This document shows positions 19,901-27,150 of a stretch of DNA of 64,000 nt, piece after piece. The notes under the pieces are model-generated. The model saw only the letters and a program-made list of their open reading frames with translations, was not told the DNA's origin and ran no database searches. The translations under genes were made by a program, and so were the position numbers. Each line of letters opens with the position of its first letter. Position 1 is the stretch's first letter. Source of the stretch: Candidatus Altimarinota bacterium (GTDB taxonomy: Bacteria; Patescibacteriota; Gracilibacteria; CAIRYL01; GCA-016699755); assembly GCA_963664295.1 (NCBI GenBank), contig OY760935.1, positions 992,001-1,056,000 on the forward strand. The letters run 5' to 3'.

Positions 19901-21097
19901 TATGAATTATCAGCCGGAGTGCGAGCTAAAGGTTGGCAAGCAGGTGTACAGACCAGACACACAGATATTCAAGACAGCATTAAGGCTAACTTGGGGATTA
20001 ATCTTACTGAAAAAGCTCAACTTAATATTGAAGGTGGAGCAACAAATATAACAGACGATATGGTTATGGAGCCTGATAATTATTATGGTCAAATTGGCGT
20101 AAGCATTCCTTTGGGTGGCTCTAAAGAAAAGTCAGTAAAACCAGTTGTAGCCTCAGCGATAGACAGCTTAAGACAAACAGTTTTTACTCACTTAGGACAT
20201 ATTGATCCAAAGCCAAAAGCGACTATGGCTATTAAAAAAACAGAAAAAGCAAATGAGGGTCCAGGGGTAATGATTATTGGTGCAAACAGAACGGTTCCAG
20301 GAAAAGCAGAAGAGTACATTGCTTCAGCATATGATTATGAGGGAGACAAGATTGTAAGTTATGATTTTAAAATTGTTAGCTCTACAGGTTTTGATGGTGG
20401 CAATATCGCTTATTGGCAACATTTTGTAGGTGAGCCACACAAAGTGAGTCTTAAATTCTCAACTCCTGACTCAGGAAATGGTAGTGCTACATTGCAATGT
20501 GTTGTCACTGATGAATATGGTAATTCAACAACAGAAACACTTTTAATTACAATTTCAGAAGGACAAAATCCAAGAAATCCTAGTAGCAACCCAAATGTTA
20601 ATCCTAAAGACGACACAGACCCAGGAAACCCTGGTAGTGACCCAAATGTTACTCCAAATGATCCAAGCAACACAGGTGATCCTAGTATTCCACCAGTAAC
20701 TCCTGGAGATGGACAAGACACAGAAAATCCTAGCACTCCACCAGTAACTCCTGGAGATGGACAAGACACAGAAAATCCTAGCACTCCACCAGTAGGCCCT
20801 GGAGATGGACAAGACACAGAAAATCCTAGCACTCCACCAGTAGGCCCTGGAGATGGACAAGACACAGAAAATCCTAGCACTCCACCAGTAACTCCTGGAG
20901 ATGGACAAGACACAGAAAATCCTAGCACTCCACCAGTAACTCCTGGAGATGGACAAGATTCAGGTGATCCTAGCACTCCACCAGTAACTCCTGGAGATGG
21001 ACAAGACACAGAAAATCCTAGCACTCCACCAGTAGGCCCTGGAGATCCAAACGATCCAAATCAACCAACTACACCACCATTTACACCTTTTGAATAA
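16994..21097 (+). CDS. Large surface protein: coiled coil, TM, two LysM-like domains, beta-strand-rich barrel-like region, Ig/PKD-like domain, Pro-rich repeats
   Basis: 1367 aa; LysM-like 'IKEGDTLGQIA...IQPGW' and 'VKKGDYLFKM...LEPGW'; amphipathic beta strands ending 'YYGQIGVSIPLG'; 'LQCVVTDEYGNST'. Confidence 0.75.
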   Translation: MKNTANKRPVDSWESAGTQKKQENLRSIEGGISSEMATAEITVERERAKTSLGVERQLAVLPSLVEDKTASLTDQQKKLAQRYCFVSNKAQESDEKLEQAEARLLEAEQKLTNNSLPAKYQKQVKAELENAQRAYEKAKKAQEKDSERLQKLLNQNGFTTLVSDLDLDNPKNKQAIAGEVNRSNVHKIKAKEGVLSVAMGKLSLATLTPLNAGEIAHAIRYCVPRDKRSRMLNNVYLYNSRALAVCELHEEIHELDKTIIPLQKAMEEVGVNDPKYAEYEDRLVKANKKSEVLNERLLKLLKKGDRLHGAIFSALKKVGVEIEQKEESEASIKASQQGILNSFKGLETKLKAGNVSAKKMEADLQPIMTHLLLLRGVTQNAKDGKLNLKAKEQKAFEILGDKLPIIEDALNSILDTLEESEQAQKTKKGFLSKVKGFLRKPKAKKVAKVAMLTMATLSVNSGIITDAVSDFFSELNDLDLGDSDFAKALQNAFAGLADGLDNIGDSALASESTTLSSGVKAEQIKEGDTLGQIADKMSVDNWQNLQVSEDGGQTWTSAEKINEYAIQPGWLVATDGAQQSAPIISNDYQTETVKKGDYLFKMLDRMPGANSLDDLEISMNGGVSWTRYGDFNNPNYLEPGWQVRTATQNISTQTASFTETHIDPPQNTEQIEVVENSGEIKLRASASVKEANLPQARPQAKEIIRADIGTATKVDSATIIVPGENDDIPGQMERRLDPVNMPQTERTFFNGNVLVGGGVSYFNGQVGSHGEAYAGGDHFAIGAEAGYASDNAYASPSAGYFSDNFDLAVKAMFAKGKLKSALSLPNGDHVFETEHTKTGVGSHLGVNLGSGPVKRAEVTLGYEKTSSEDAGSASFRADNGDLFKYDVKAEGATEKFGKVNLISNPFQLGGGWTANSNVGVLHESLNFDEPTGYKLTDNGEDFTTPVVGASVESSGKTQWKFAGEMGANYYELSAGVRAKGWQAGVQTRHTDIQDSIKANLGINLTEKAQLNIEGGATNITDDMVMEPDNYYGQIGVSIPLGGSKEKSVKPVVASAIDSLRQTVFTHLGHIDPKPKATMAIKKTEKANEGPGVMIIGANRTVPGKAEEYIASAYDYEGDKIVSYDFKIVSSTGFDGGNIAYWQHFVGEPHKVSLKFSTPDSGNGSATLQCVVTDEYGNSTTETLLITISEGQNPRNPSSNPNVNPKDDTDPGNPGSDPNVTPNDPSNTGDPSIPPVTPGDGQDTENPSTPPVTPGDGQDTENPSTPPVGPGDGQDTENPSTPPVGPGDGQDTENPSTPPVTPGDGQDTENPSTPPVTPGDGQDSGDPSTPPVTPGDGQDTENPSTPPVGPGDPNDPNQPTTPPFTPFE
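20681..21046 (+). repeat. Coding 48-bp tandem repeat (~7.6 copies; PSTPPV[T/G]PGDGQDTEN)
   Basis: Units start at 20681, 20729, 20777, 20825, 20873, 20921, 20969, 21017. Confidence 0.95.
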
Positions 21098-21114
21098 AGA
21101 AAATAATTTTTTTC

Positions 21115-21143
21115 TTGACAATAACTGAAAAATTACAGAAAAT
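21115..21143 (+). promoter_or_regulatory. Putative promoter
   Basis: TTGACA-17 bp-GAAAAT upstream of the 21200 gene. Confidence 0.5.
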
Positions 21144-21199
21144 TAAAACCTTTTCCCAATATTTTCTAAAAAACAATCTTTTAATTTTAATAAGTCACC

Positions 21200-23917
21200 A
21201 TGAAAACAAGCAAATTTTTAGTTAAATTTATAAGCACAGTTAGTGCATTCGCCCTTTTTGCAAGTGTTGCGGTAGCAGATTTTTATCCGCAAACCTCAGG
21301 AACTGTGCATGGAGACGGCATTACTGCTGTTTCTCATCCTTTTGGATTAACCTATCCCTCTTTTAATAATTATACGGATATTAGTACAACTGGTTTTCAG
21401 GACTCTCGCAGGTTTTTATTAGTTGCCAAGGATACCTATGATCTTGATGCATACTCTGATTCAGTTAATGTTGATGTTGGTGATACTCTTTATTTTAAAA
21501 ATTTTCTCCACAACAATGGTGATCCAGATGAAAACAACACTACTGCAAATGATGTAAAAATTAAAGCTCTAGATTTTTATGAAAATGAAGTGGGTCAATT
21601 TGTGACTGAACCTTTTAACACAATGGATGTGACAAGTGAAATTAGTGCTTCAAATACAGTCCCACTTACTATTGGTGATACTGCAACAGTTAATTCTAAT
21701 TCAGGTCCTGTTCGTTTAAGATATTTAGGGCCAATTGTTGCAGGTTGGAATACTTGGGATAGCTTTACTGATGCCAGCTCTCTTTTTGGTAATGGGCTTG
21801 CCTTTGGTGATAGAGATCAAATTGACACTGGCACATTTCGAGGAGGTGCTACAAAGGCAATTATAGTTTATTATTTTGCAAAAGTTGAAAGAGCAGAAGC
21901 TGACTTAAGTATTACTCGTTCGGCTAGCACAAATCGTGCTGCATTAGGCACTACTATAACTTATACATTGGATTATTATAATGATGGTCCTATTGAAGCA
22001 AAAGACACAGTTATTATTGATGATTACGATCAAAGTTTAGTTAGTGTTGACTCTTTGCCAGCTGGCTGTTTAGATGATGGTGATAAAGTCACTTGTCAAA
22101 TTACAGAAGCAGCAAAGAATCAAGCAGGCTCTGTTGAATATACTGTTATTGCTGATGTGGTTGGCACAGCTGATGCAAGTGCAGAAATTAGCTCTAGCAT
22201 TGCGGATCCCGATACCAGTAATAACACTAATAATAGTGGTAGTGTGGAAATTGTAGAGGGAGTAGCAGTTGGCAGTGTGGTTTTTAACGAGATTATGTGG
22301 ATGGGTTCTTCTGTGAACGATAATGACGAATGGATTGAGCTTCGTAATACTACTGATCAAGCAATAGATCTTTCAGGTTTTCAAATTACCAGATATTCAA
22401 GTGGAAATGAAATTGTAATGGTTAACATACCTAATGGAAAAACAATTCCTGCGCATGGTTATTTTTTAGTTGCTAATTACAGCAAAACATCTTCTAATTC
22501 AGCATTAAACGTCACGCCAGACATGGAAGCCCCAGAGGTTTTGCTCGCAAATTCTGACTTACAATTAAAATTGTATGACACATCAAGCAATACACTTGTT
22601 GATATTGCAGATGACGCAAGTGGTACTCCTTTTGCTGGCAATGCAGTTGCAAATGCTTCTATGCATAGAAAATGGAACCCTGGAGACGGATCTGATCCTG
22701 ATAATTGGTTTACATCACAGTTAAGTTATGGTTTGGACAACGGAATTGCTGACCTTGCCACCCCTGGCAATACCTCCTCATCATCTGATTATGCTTTTCC
22801 TGAAACTGTTTATTCAAATGGTAGCACTAATTCTGATTGGATTATTTATGACAATAATCCAGCAGGTGCTACTGCTATTTCTGTTGATGGCGTTATCAAT
22901 TTCACAGGCAACATTATGTATAACGGCACAAGATTGTTGCAGGACTTAGATTCGTGGGAGAATGATGGACAAGAGGTGCTTCAGTTTGATATGAAAACTA
23001 CTCATGGTTATTACATTATCGTAAAAACAGATACCAATCAGGGCGAAAAAACCATTGTTTATGGTCATCAAAATTATGATCGTTTAGACACATTCCCTGA
23101 ACCAAATTATGGACACATTGGTCTTGGATATTTTACAGCTGATGGCAATTGGAGAACTATTGTTAGGGACTTAGAAGAAGATTTAAAATATATTTATGGT
23201 GATAGCATTGAGTTGCGCGAAGTTATTTATTTTTCTGCACGCTCTGAAGATATTTATATTGATAATGTAAAACTTCTTAGAGAATTGCCAGAGTTTGTTT
23301 ATGAGGACGGCTCTGCGGATGCTGTAAATCGTTGGCAGACAAGCAGTGAACCTTCAGTAAATGGAGTAGTGACTGCTGTGACGGTAGATAATATCTCAGA
23401 TGGAGATGGTGACTATGTTCGCCTTGAGGGTAATTATGATCCTAACGATGGCTCACCAGATCGCAACCCTTCTGCTTTGGCAGTATTTAAATTGTTTGCT
23501 AATGACGGCAATGATCCTTGGTACAAAAATCCATATAATAAAATTTTGAGTTGGAAATGGAGATGGAGAGGAGATCCAACTGATTTACCACATAATGATT
23601 TCCGTTTCAGTGCTCTTATTAGGGTAAATAAAGGTGGTGCGCAAACATATAGATATATTGTTTATATGCCACGTAGCACAAGCAATGCTAGTTATATTCA
23701 AAAAGATAAATATTGCTATATTAACATTGGTGCCCGCGAAACAGCTTGGAGTTTAACTGATTTTGATACTATTACTCGCAACTTAGAAGATGACCTTGAA
23801 ACATGTGCAGGCCTTGGCAATGTTAACTTTGGCGCAACAGGCGACATTGATTATCTTGAGTTAATTCGTTTTCAAGTGAACGGAGTTGGTGACATCGATG
23901 ATGTAGTTTTGCAATAA
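21200..23917 (+). CDS. Secreted multidomain protein (DUF11-like Ig domain, lamin-tail domain, beta-sandwich C-terminus)
   Basis: Signal peptide; 'ADLSITRSAS...ITYTLDYYNDGP...DPDTSNN' (DUF11-like); 'VVFNEIMW...DEWIELRN...ATPG' (LTD). Confidence 0.8.
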   Translation: MKTSKFLVKFISTVSAFALFASVAVADFYPQTSGTVHGDGITAVSHPFGLTYPSFNNYTDISTTGFQDSRRFLLVAKDTYDLDAYSDSVNVDVGDTLYFKNFLHNNGDPDENNTTANDVKIKALDFYENEVGQFVTEPFNTMDVTSEISASNTVPLTIGDTATVNSNSGPVRLRYLGPIVAGWNTWDSFTDASSLFGNGLAFGDRDQIDTGTFRGGATKAIIVYYFAKVERAEADLSITRSASTNRAALGTTITYTLDYYNDGPIEAKDTVIIDDYDQSLVSVDSLPAGCLDDGDKVTCQITEAAKNQAGSVEYTVIADVVGTADASAEISSSIADPDTSNNTNNSGSVEIVEGVAVGSVVFNEIMWMGSSVNDNDEWIELRNTTDQAIDLSGFQITRYSSGNEIVMVNIPNGKTIPAHGYFLVANYSKTSSNSALNVTPDMEAPEVLLANSDLQLKLYDTSSNTLVDIADDASGTPFAGNAVANASMHRKWNPGDGSDPDNWFTSQLSYGLDNGIADLATPGNTSSSSDYAFPETVYSNGSTNSDWIIYDNNPAGATAISVDGVINFTGNIMYNGTRLLQDLDSWENDGQEVLQFDMKTTHGYYIIVKTDTNQGEKTIVYGHQNYDRLDTFPEPNYGHIGLGYFTADGNWRTIVRDLEEDLKYIYGDSIELREVIYFSARSEDIYIDNVKLLRELPEFVYEDGSADAVNRWQTSSEPSVNGVVTAVTVDNISDGDGDYVRLEGNYDPNDGSPDRNPSALAVFKLFANDGNDPWYKNPYNKILSWKWRWRGDPTDLPHNDFRFSALIRVNKGGAQTYRYIVYMPRSTSNASYIQKDKYCYINIGARETAWSLTDFDTITRNLEDDLETCAGLGNVNFGATGDIDYLELIRFQVNGVGDIDDVVLQ

Positions 23918-23938
23918 TTAATTATTAAATTGTAATTT

Positions 23939-23968
23939 AAAAACCCGCTATAAATTTAGCGGGTTTTT
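23939..23968 (+). terminator. Intrinsic terminator
   Basis: AAAAACCCGCTA-loop-TAGCGGGTTTTT. Confidence 0.8.
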
Positions 23969-24011
23969 GTTGCTCTGGCTTTAGCACTAAATTCGTGAGA
24001 AAATTTTTTGC

Positions 24012-25562
24012 GTGAAAATAATAAAAAGATTATTTAAACCAATGGGAGCTGGTGGAGGCGCTTTTGTTATTGCCCTAGCAAGTGTGCTAAGCTATTTATT
24101 TGGCTTTGTACGCAATTTAATGCTTTTTCATTATTTTGGCGCTAGCCTAAATACAGATAGTTATTATACAGCTTTTTTAATTCCTGATTTTATTTTGAAT
24201 TTATTCATTGCTGGTGCTGTGAGTGGTGTTTTGATGCCTGTTTTTGTAGATACTACAAAAAAATCCAAAGAAGATAGTGAAAAACTAATGAATGCTTTTA
24301 TTAGCATAATGAACACAATTGTAATTGCTGTGGCCATTATTGCTTTTTTTCTCGCTCCTTTTTTAATTAAGTCAATTTTTGTTCAACTTGAGCCAGCACA
24401 ACAAGAATTAACAATAAAACTAATGCGCATATTGCTTTTATCTCCTGTTTTATTTGGAGTTTCTAATAGCCTTGGCTCGATTTTGATTGCTAAGAAAAAG
24501 TTTTTGTCTTTTGCTCTCTCGCCAATTTTATATAACACAGGAATTTTGTTGGGAATTTATTTTTTAGCAGAAAAATATGGAATTTTTGCCCTAGCGTGGG
24601 GAGCTGTATTTGGTGCCTTTTTGCACATGAGCCTGAGAGTTGTTGATTTTTTCACAACCAATCTTTCCTTGCGTCCTTCTTTTGATTTTAATGCGCCGAA
24701 TTTTAAAAAAGTAATTATTTTAGCTATCCCAAAAACTATAGGATTACTTGCTTTTCAGGGTATGTTGTGGAGTGTGAATTGGTTGGGAGGGCTTATGGAA
24801 GCGGGCTCTATTGCTGCATTCAACCTTGCTCGTGATTTGCAAAGCTTTGCAGTTTCTATTTTTGGAATTGCACTTGCTACAGGTGTTTTTCCGTTTTTAG
24901 CCGAGTTTGCGGCTGAAAAAAATGATGAAAAATTTATAAACAGAACAGAAAAAAGCGCCAGACAAATTCTTTTTCTTGCTATGCCTTCTGCCTTCGGTCT
25001 TTTTGTTCTTTCTAAAGAATTAATTGAGCTATTTTTTGTTCACGGTGAATTTGACCAACACGACGCTTTTTTGGCTAATTCTGTTTTATTGCTTATGGCG
25101 CTTGCTATTCCTCTGGAAAGTTTAAATCATTTATTTGCTCGTGCTTTTTTGGCGCGCAAAAACACACTTTTTCCAATGTTTGGTCAAATAATATTTTTTC
25201 TTTCTTTTTCAGTAGGATCATTTTTGTTTTATCAAGAATTAGGTGTTGCCACCTTTGGAATAATGTTTTTGGGTGCGATATTTTTACAACTTTTCTTCTT
25301 AATAACCAGCTTAAGTTTGCACGAAATTAAGTTCCCGTTTTTAAGGTTTATGCGAAAAGTTTTACCGATTTTGTGTTTAAGTTTTTTAATGATGATTTGT
25401 GTTTATTTTATTAAAAATATTTCTTATTTCTCGTCAGAAATTAACTTTGTCTTATCCGTTGCAGGCGGAGTTTTTGTTTATTTTTTTGGCGCTTTTTTGC
25501 TCAAATTACCAGAGTTGGACAGGGTTTTTATTTATTTAGAAAATAAATTTAAGAAAAAATAA
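24012..25562 (+). CDS. murJ: Lipid II flippase MurJ (MviN)
   Basis: Polytopic membrane protein; 'GFVR...FGA...DSYYTAFLIPD', 'ELFFVHGEF'. Confidence 0.9.
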   Translation: MKIIKRLFKPMGAGGGAFVIALASVLSYLFGFVRNLMLFHYFGASLNTDSYYTAFLIPDFILNLFIAGAVSGVLMPVFVDTTKKSKEDSEKLMNAFISIMNTIVIAVAIIAFFLAPFLIKSIFVQLEPAQQELTIKLMRILLLSPVLFGVSNSLGSILIAKKKFLSFALSPILYNTGILLGIYFLAEKYGIFALAWGAVFGAFLHMSLRVVDFFTTNLSLRPSFDFNAPNFKKVIILAIPKTIGLLAFQGMLWSVNWLGGLMEAGSIAAFNLARDLQSFAVSIFGIALATGVFPFLAEFAAEKNDEKFINRTEKSARQILFLAMPSAFGLFVLSKELIELFFVHGEFDQHDAFLANSVLLLMALAIPLESLNHLFARAFLARKNTLFPMFGQIIFFLSFSVGSFLFYQELGVATFGIMFLGAIFLQLFFLITSLSLHEIKFPFLRFMRKVLPILCLSFLMMICVYFIKNISYFSSEINFVLSVAGGVFVYFFGAFLLKLPELDRVFIYLENKFKKK

Positions 25563-26356
25563 TGAAAAAATTTATTATTTTATTTTTATTAGGAGCTATT
25601 TTTGGATCTTTATTTGTTTATAAAGACAAAATTAGTTTATTTTATGCAAAAAAAGAAATTGAACAAATAAATTCAGAAGAATTTACAGAAATTGAAATAG
25701 AAAAATATAACGAGTTGCAAGAGAAAGAACTCAGCCCAAAAGAGCAGTTGTTGCAATCTTTGCCAGACAATGTTTCAGAAGAAAAATTACTCAAAGTGCC
25801 TTTTGTTTGTCAAAATCCTTTTCAAGATGAAGAGCACTGGAAATACCATGATAATAGTTGTGAAGAGGCAGCAGTTTTGCAGGCAGTTTTATACTTTGAC
25901 AACAAAATAATTGAGCCAAAAGTTGCCCATGAACAACTTTTAGACATGATTAAATGGCAAGAAAAAAACTTTGGCACCCATAAAGATATAAAAAAAGAAG
26001 ACTTACGAATTTTTGCTAGAGATTATTTTGGGTTTAATGATGAGCAAGTAGTTTTTTTTGAGAATTCAGACAAAGATTTAATAAAAAAAATAATCACCAT
26101 GGGCATACCTATAATTATGCCCACTACTGCAAAGGACTTGCATAATCCTTATTATCAACATCCGGGTTATCACATGCTAACTGTTATTGGTTACACAAAA
26201 AATCAGGCAATTACCAATGATGTTGGTACAAAAAGAGGAGAAAAATTTCCTTATTCTTGGGAGGTTTTATTGGAAGCAAATGAAACTGCGGGCGGTGGTT
26301 TTTTGATTATTATTCCTAACAATTCTTTTAAAGAATTTTCTTCTGAATTAAATTGA
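25562..26356 (+). CDS. C39-like cysteine peptidase family protein, membrane anchored
   Basis: 'VPFVCQ...SCEEAA', 'YHMLTVIGY', 'ITNDVG' give a Cys/His/Asp pattern. Confidence 0.75.
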   Translation: MKKFIILFLLGAIFGSLFVYKDKISLFYAKKEIEQINSEEFTEIEIEKYNELQEKELSPKEQLLQSLPDNVSEEKLLKVPFVCQNPFQDEEHWKYHDNSCEEAAVLQAVLYFDNKIIEPKVAHEQLLDMIKWQEKNFGTHKDIKKEDLRIFARDYFGFNDEQVVFFENSDKDLIKKIITMGIPIIMPTTAKDLHNPYYQHPGYHMLTVIGYTKNQAITNDVGTKRGEKFPYSWEVLLEANETAGGGFLIIIPNNSFKEFSSELN

Positions 26357-27089
26357 TATAAACACCAAGCATAATAAAACCAACAAAAGATTCAATATTG
26401 GTTAATATTTTGGCAATCACACTTAGTGGTGCTATGTCGCCAAAACCAAGCGTTGTAAAAGTTGTAATTGAAAAATAAAAATAATCATACCAATGGCTGG
26501 TTTCTATGGCTGGTGAAACAAAATTGTCAAAAAATGCGTAAAGTCCTGAAAAAATTAGCACAAAAATAACACTAATTTGTCCCCAGCGCCTAAAGTCTGT
26601 TCCATAACCTGAGGCAATGGCTAGAAATTTATATCCTAAATATTTTCCATATTGTTTACGAAAAAGATGCATTCTTTTGCGGTAATCCATTTTTTCTGAG
26701 TATGACCTTTGTTTTCCTTCTGGAAAATTTTTTTTCGCATAAATTATTTCTAATGACGAAAAATACCTCTCCATCATTTGATAAAAAACATCTAATTGCA
26801 TTTTTACTACTTCGGTTTTTTCAGAATTTTTTAAGTTTTCTTTGTATTTTTCTTCTTGTTTTTTGAAGTTTTCAGACATTTTGCGATAATAGTATTTTGC
26901 TATGTCTTTTTCAAAAAGCATATGCCCTCTAAGCATTATTCTTAGTAAATAATAAAAATGTACACCTAATTCTTCGTAATTATTTTTATCAATACTTGTT
27001 AAGCTTTCTTTTATGGAGCGCGAAGCTTTTTCAAGGTCTTCAGAGACCTCAAATTTTTCAATGTAGTCAATTGCTTCCTGTATTTTCAT
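26328..27089 (-). CDS. Potassium channel family protein (2TM pore domain) with soluble N-terminal region
   Basis: 'YFSITTFTTLGFGDIAP' selectivity-filter motif. Confidence 0.85.
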   Translation of the reverse strand: MKIQEAIDYIEKFEVSEDLEKASRSIKESLTSIDKNNYEELGVHFYYLLRIMLRGHMLFEKDIAKYYYRKMSENFKKQEEKYKENLKNSEKTEVVKMQLDVFYQMMERYFSSLEIIYAKKNFPEGKQRSYSEKMDYRKRMHLFRKQYGKYLGYKFLAIASGYGTDFRRWGQISVIFVLIFSGLYAFFDNFVSPAIETSHWYDYFYFSITTFTTLGFGDIAPLSVIAKILTNIESFVGFIMLGVYINLIQKKIL

Positions 27090-27150
27090 TTTTTTATTTT
27101 TGTTTCTTTATATTATGCCTTAAAAAAGCCAAAATATCAAGAAAATAAAC

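Noticed and set aside
20410-21024. Repetitive minus-strand ORFs (204 aa, 133 aa)
   Set aside because: Antisense frames kept open by the 48-bp coding repeat
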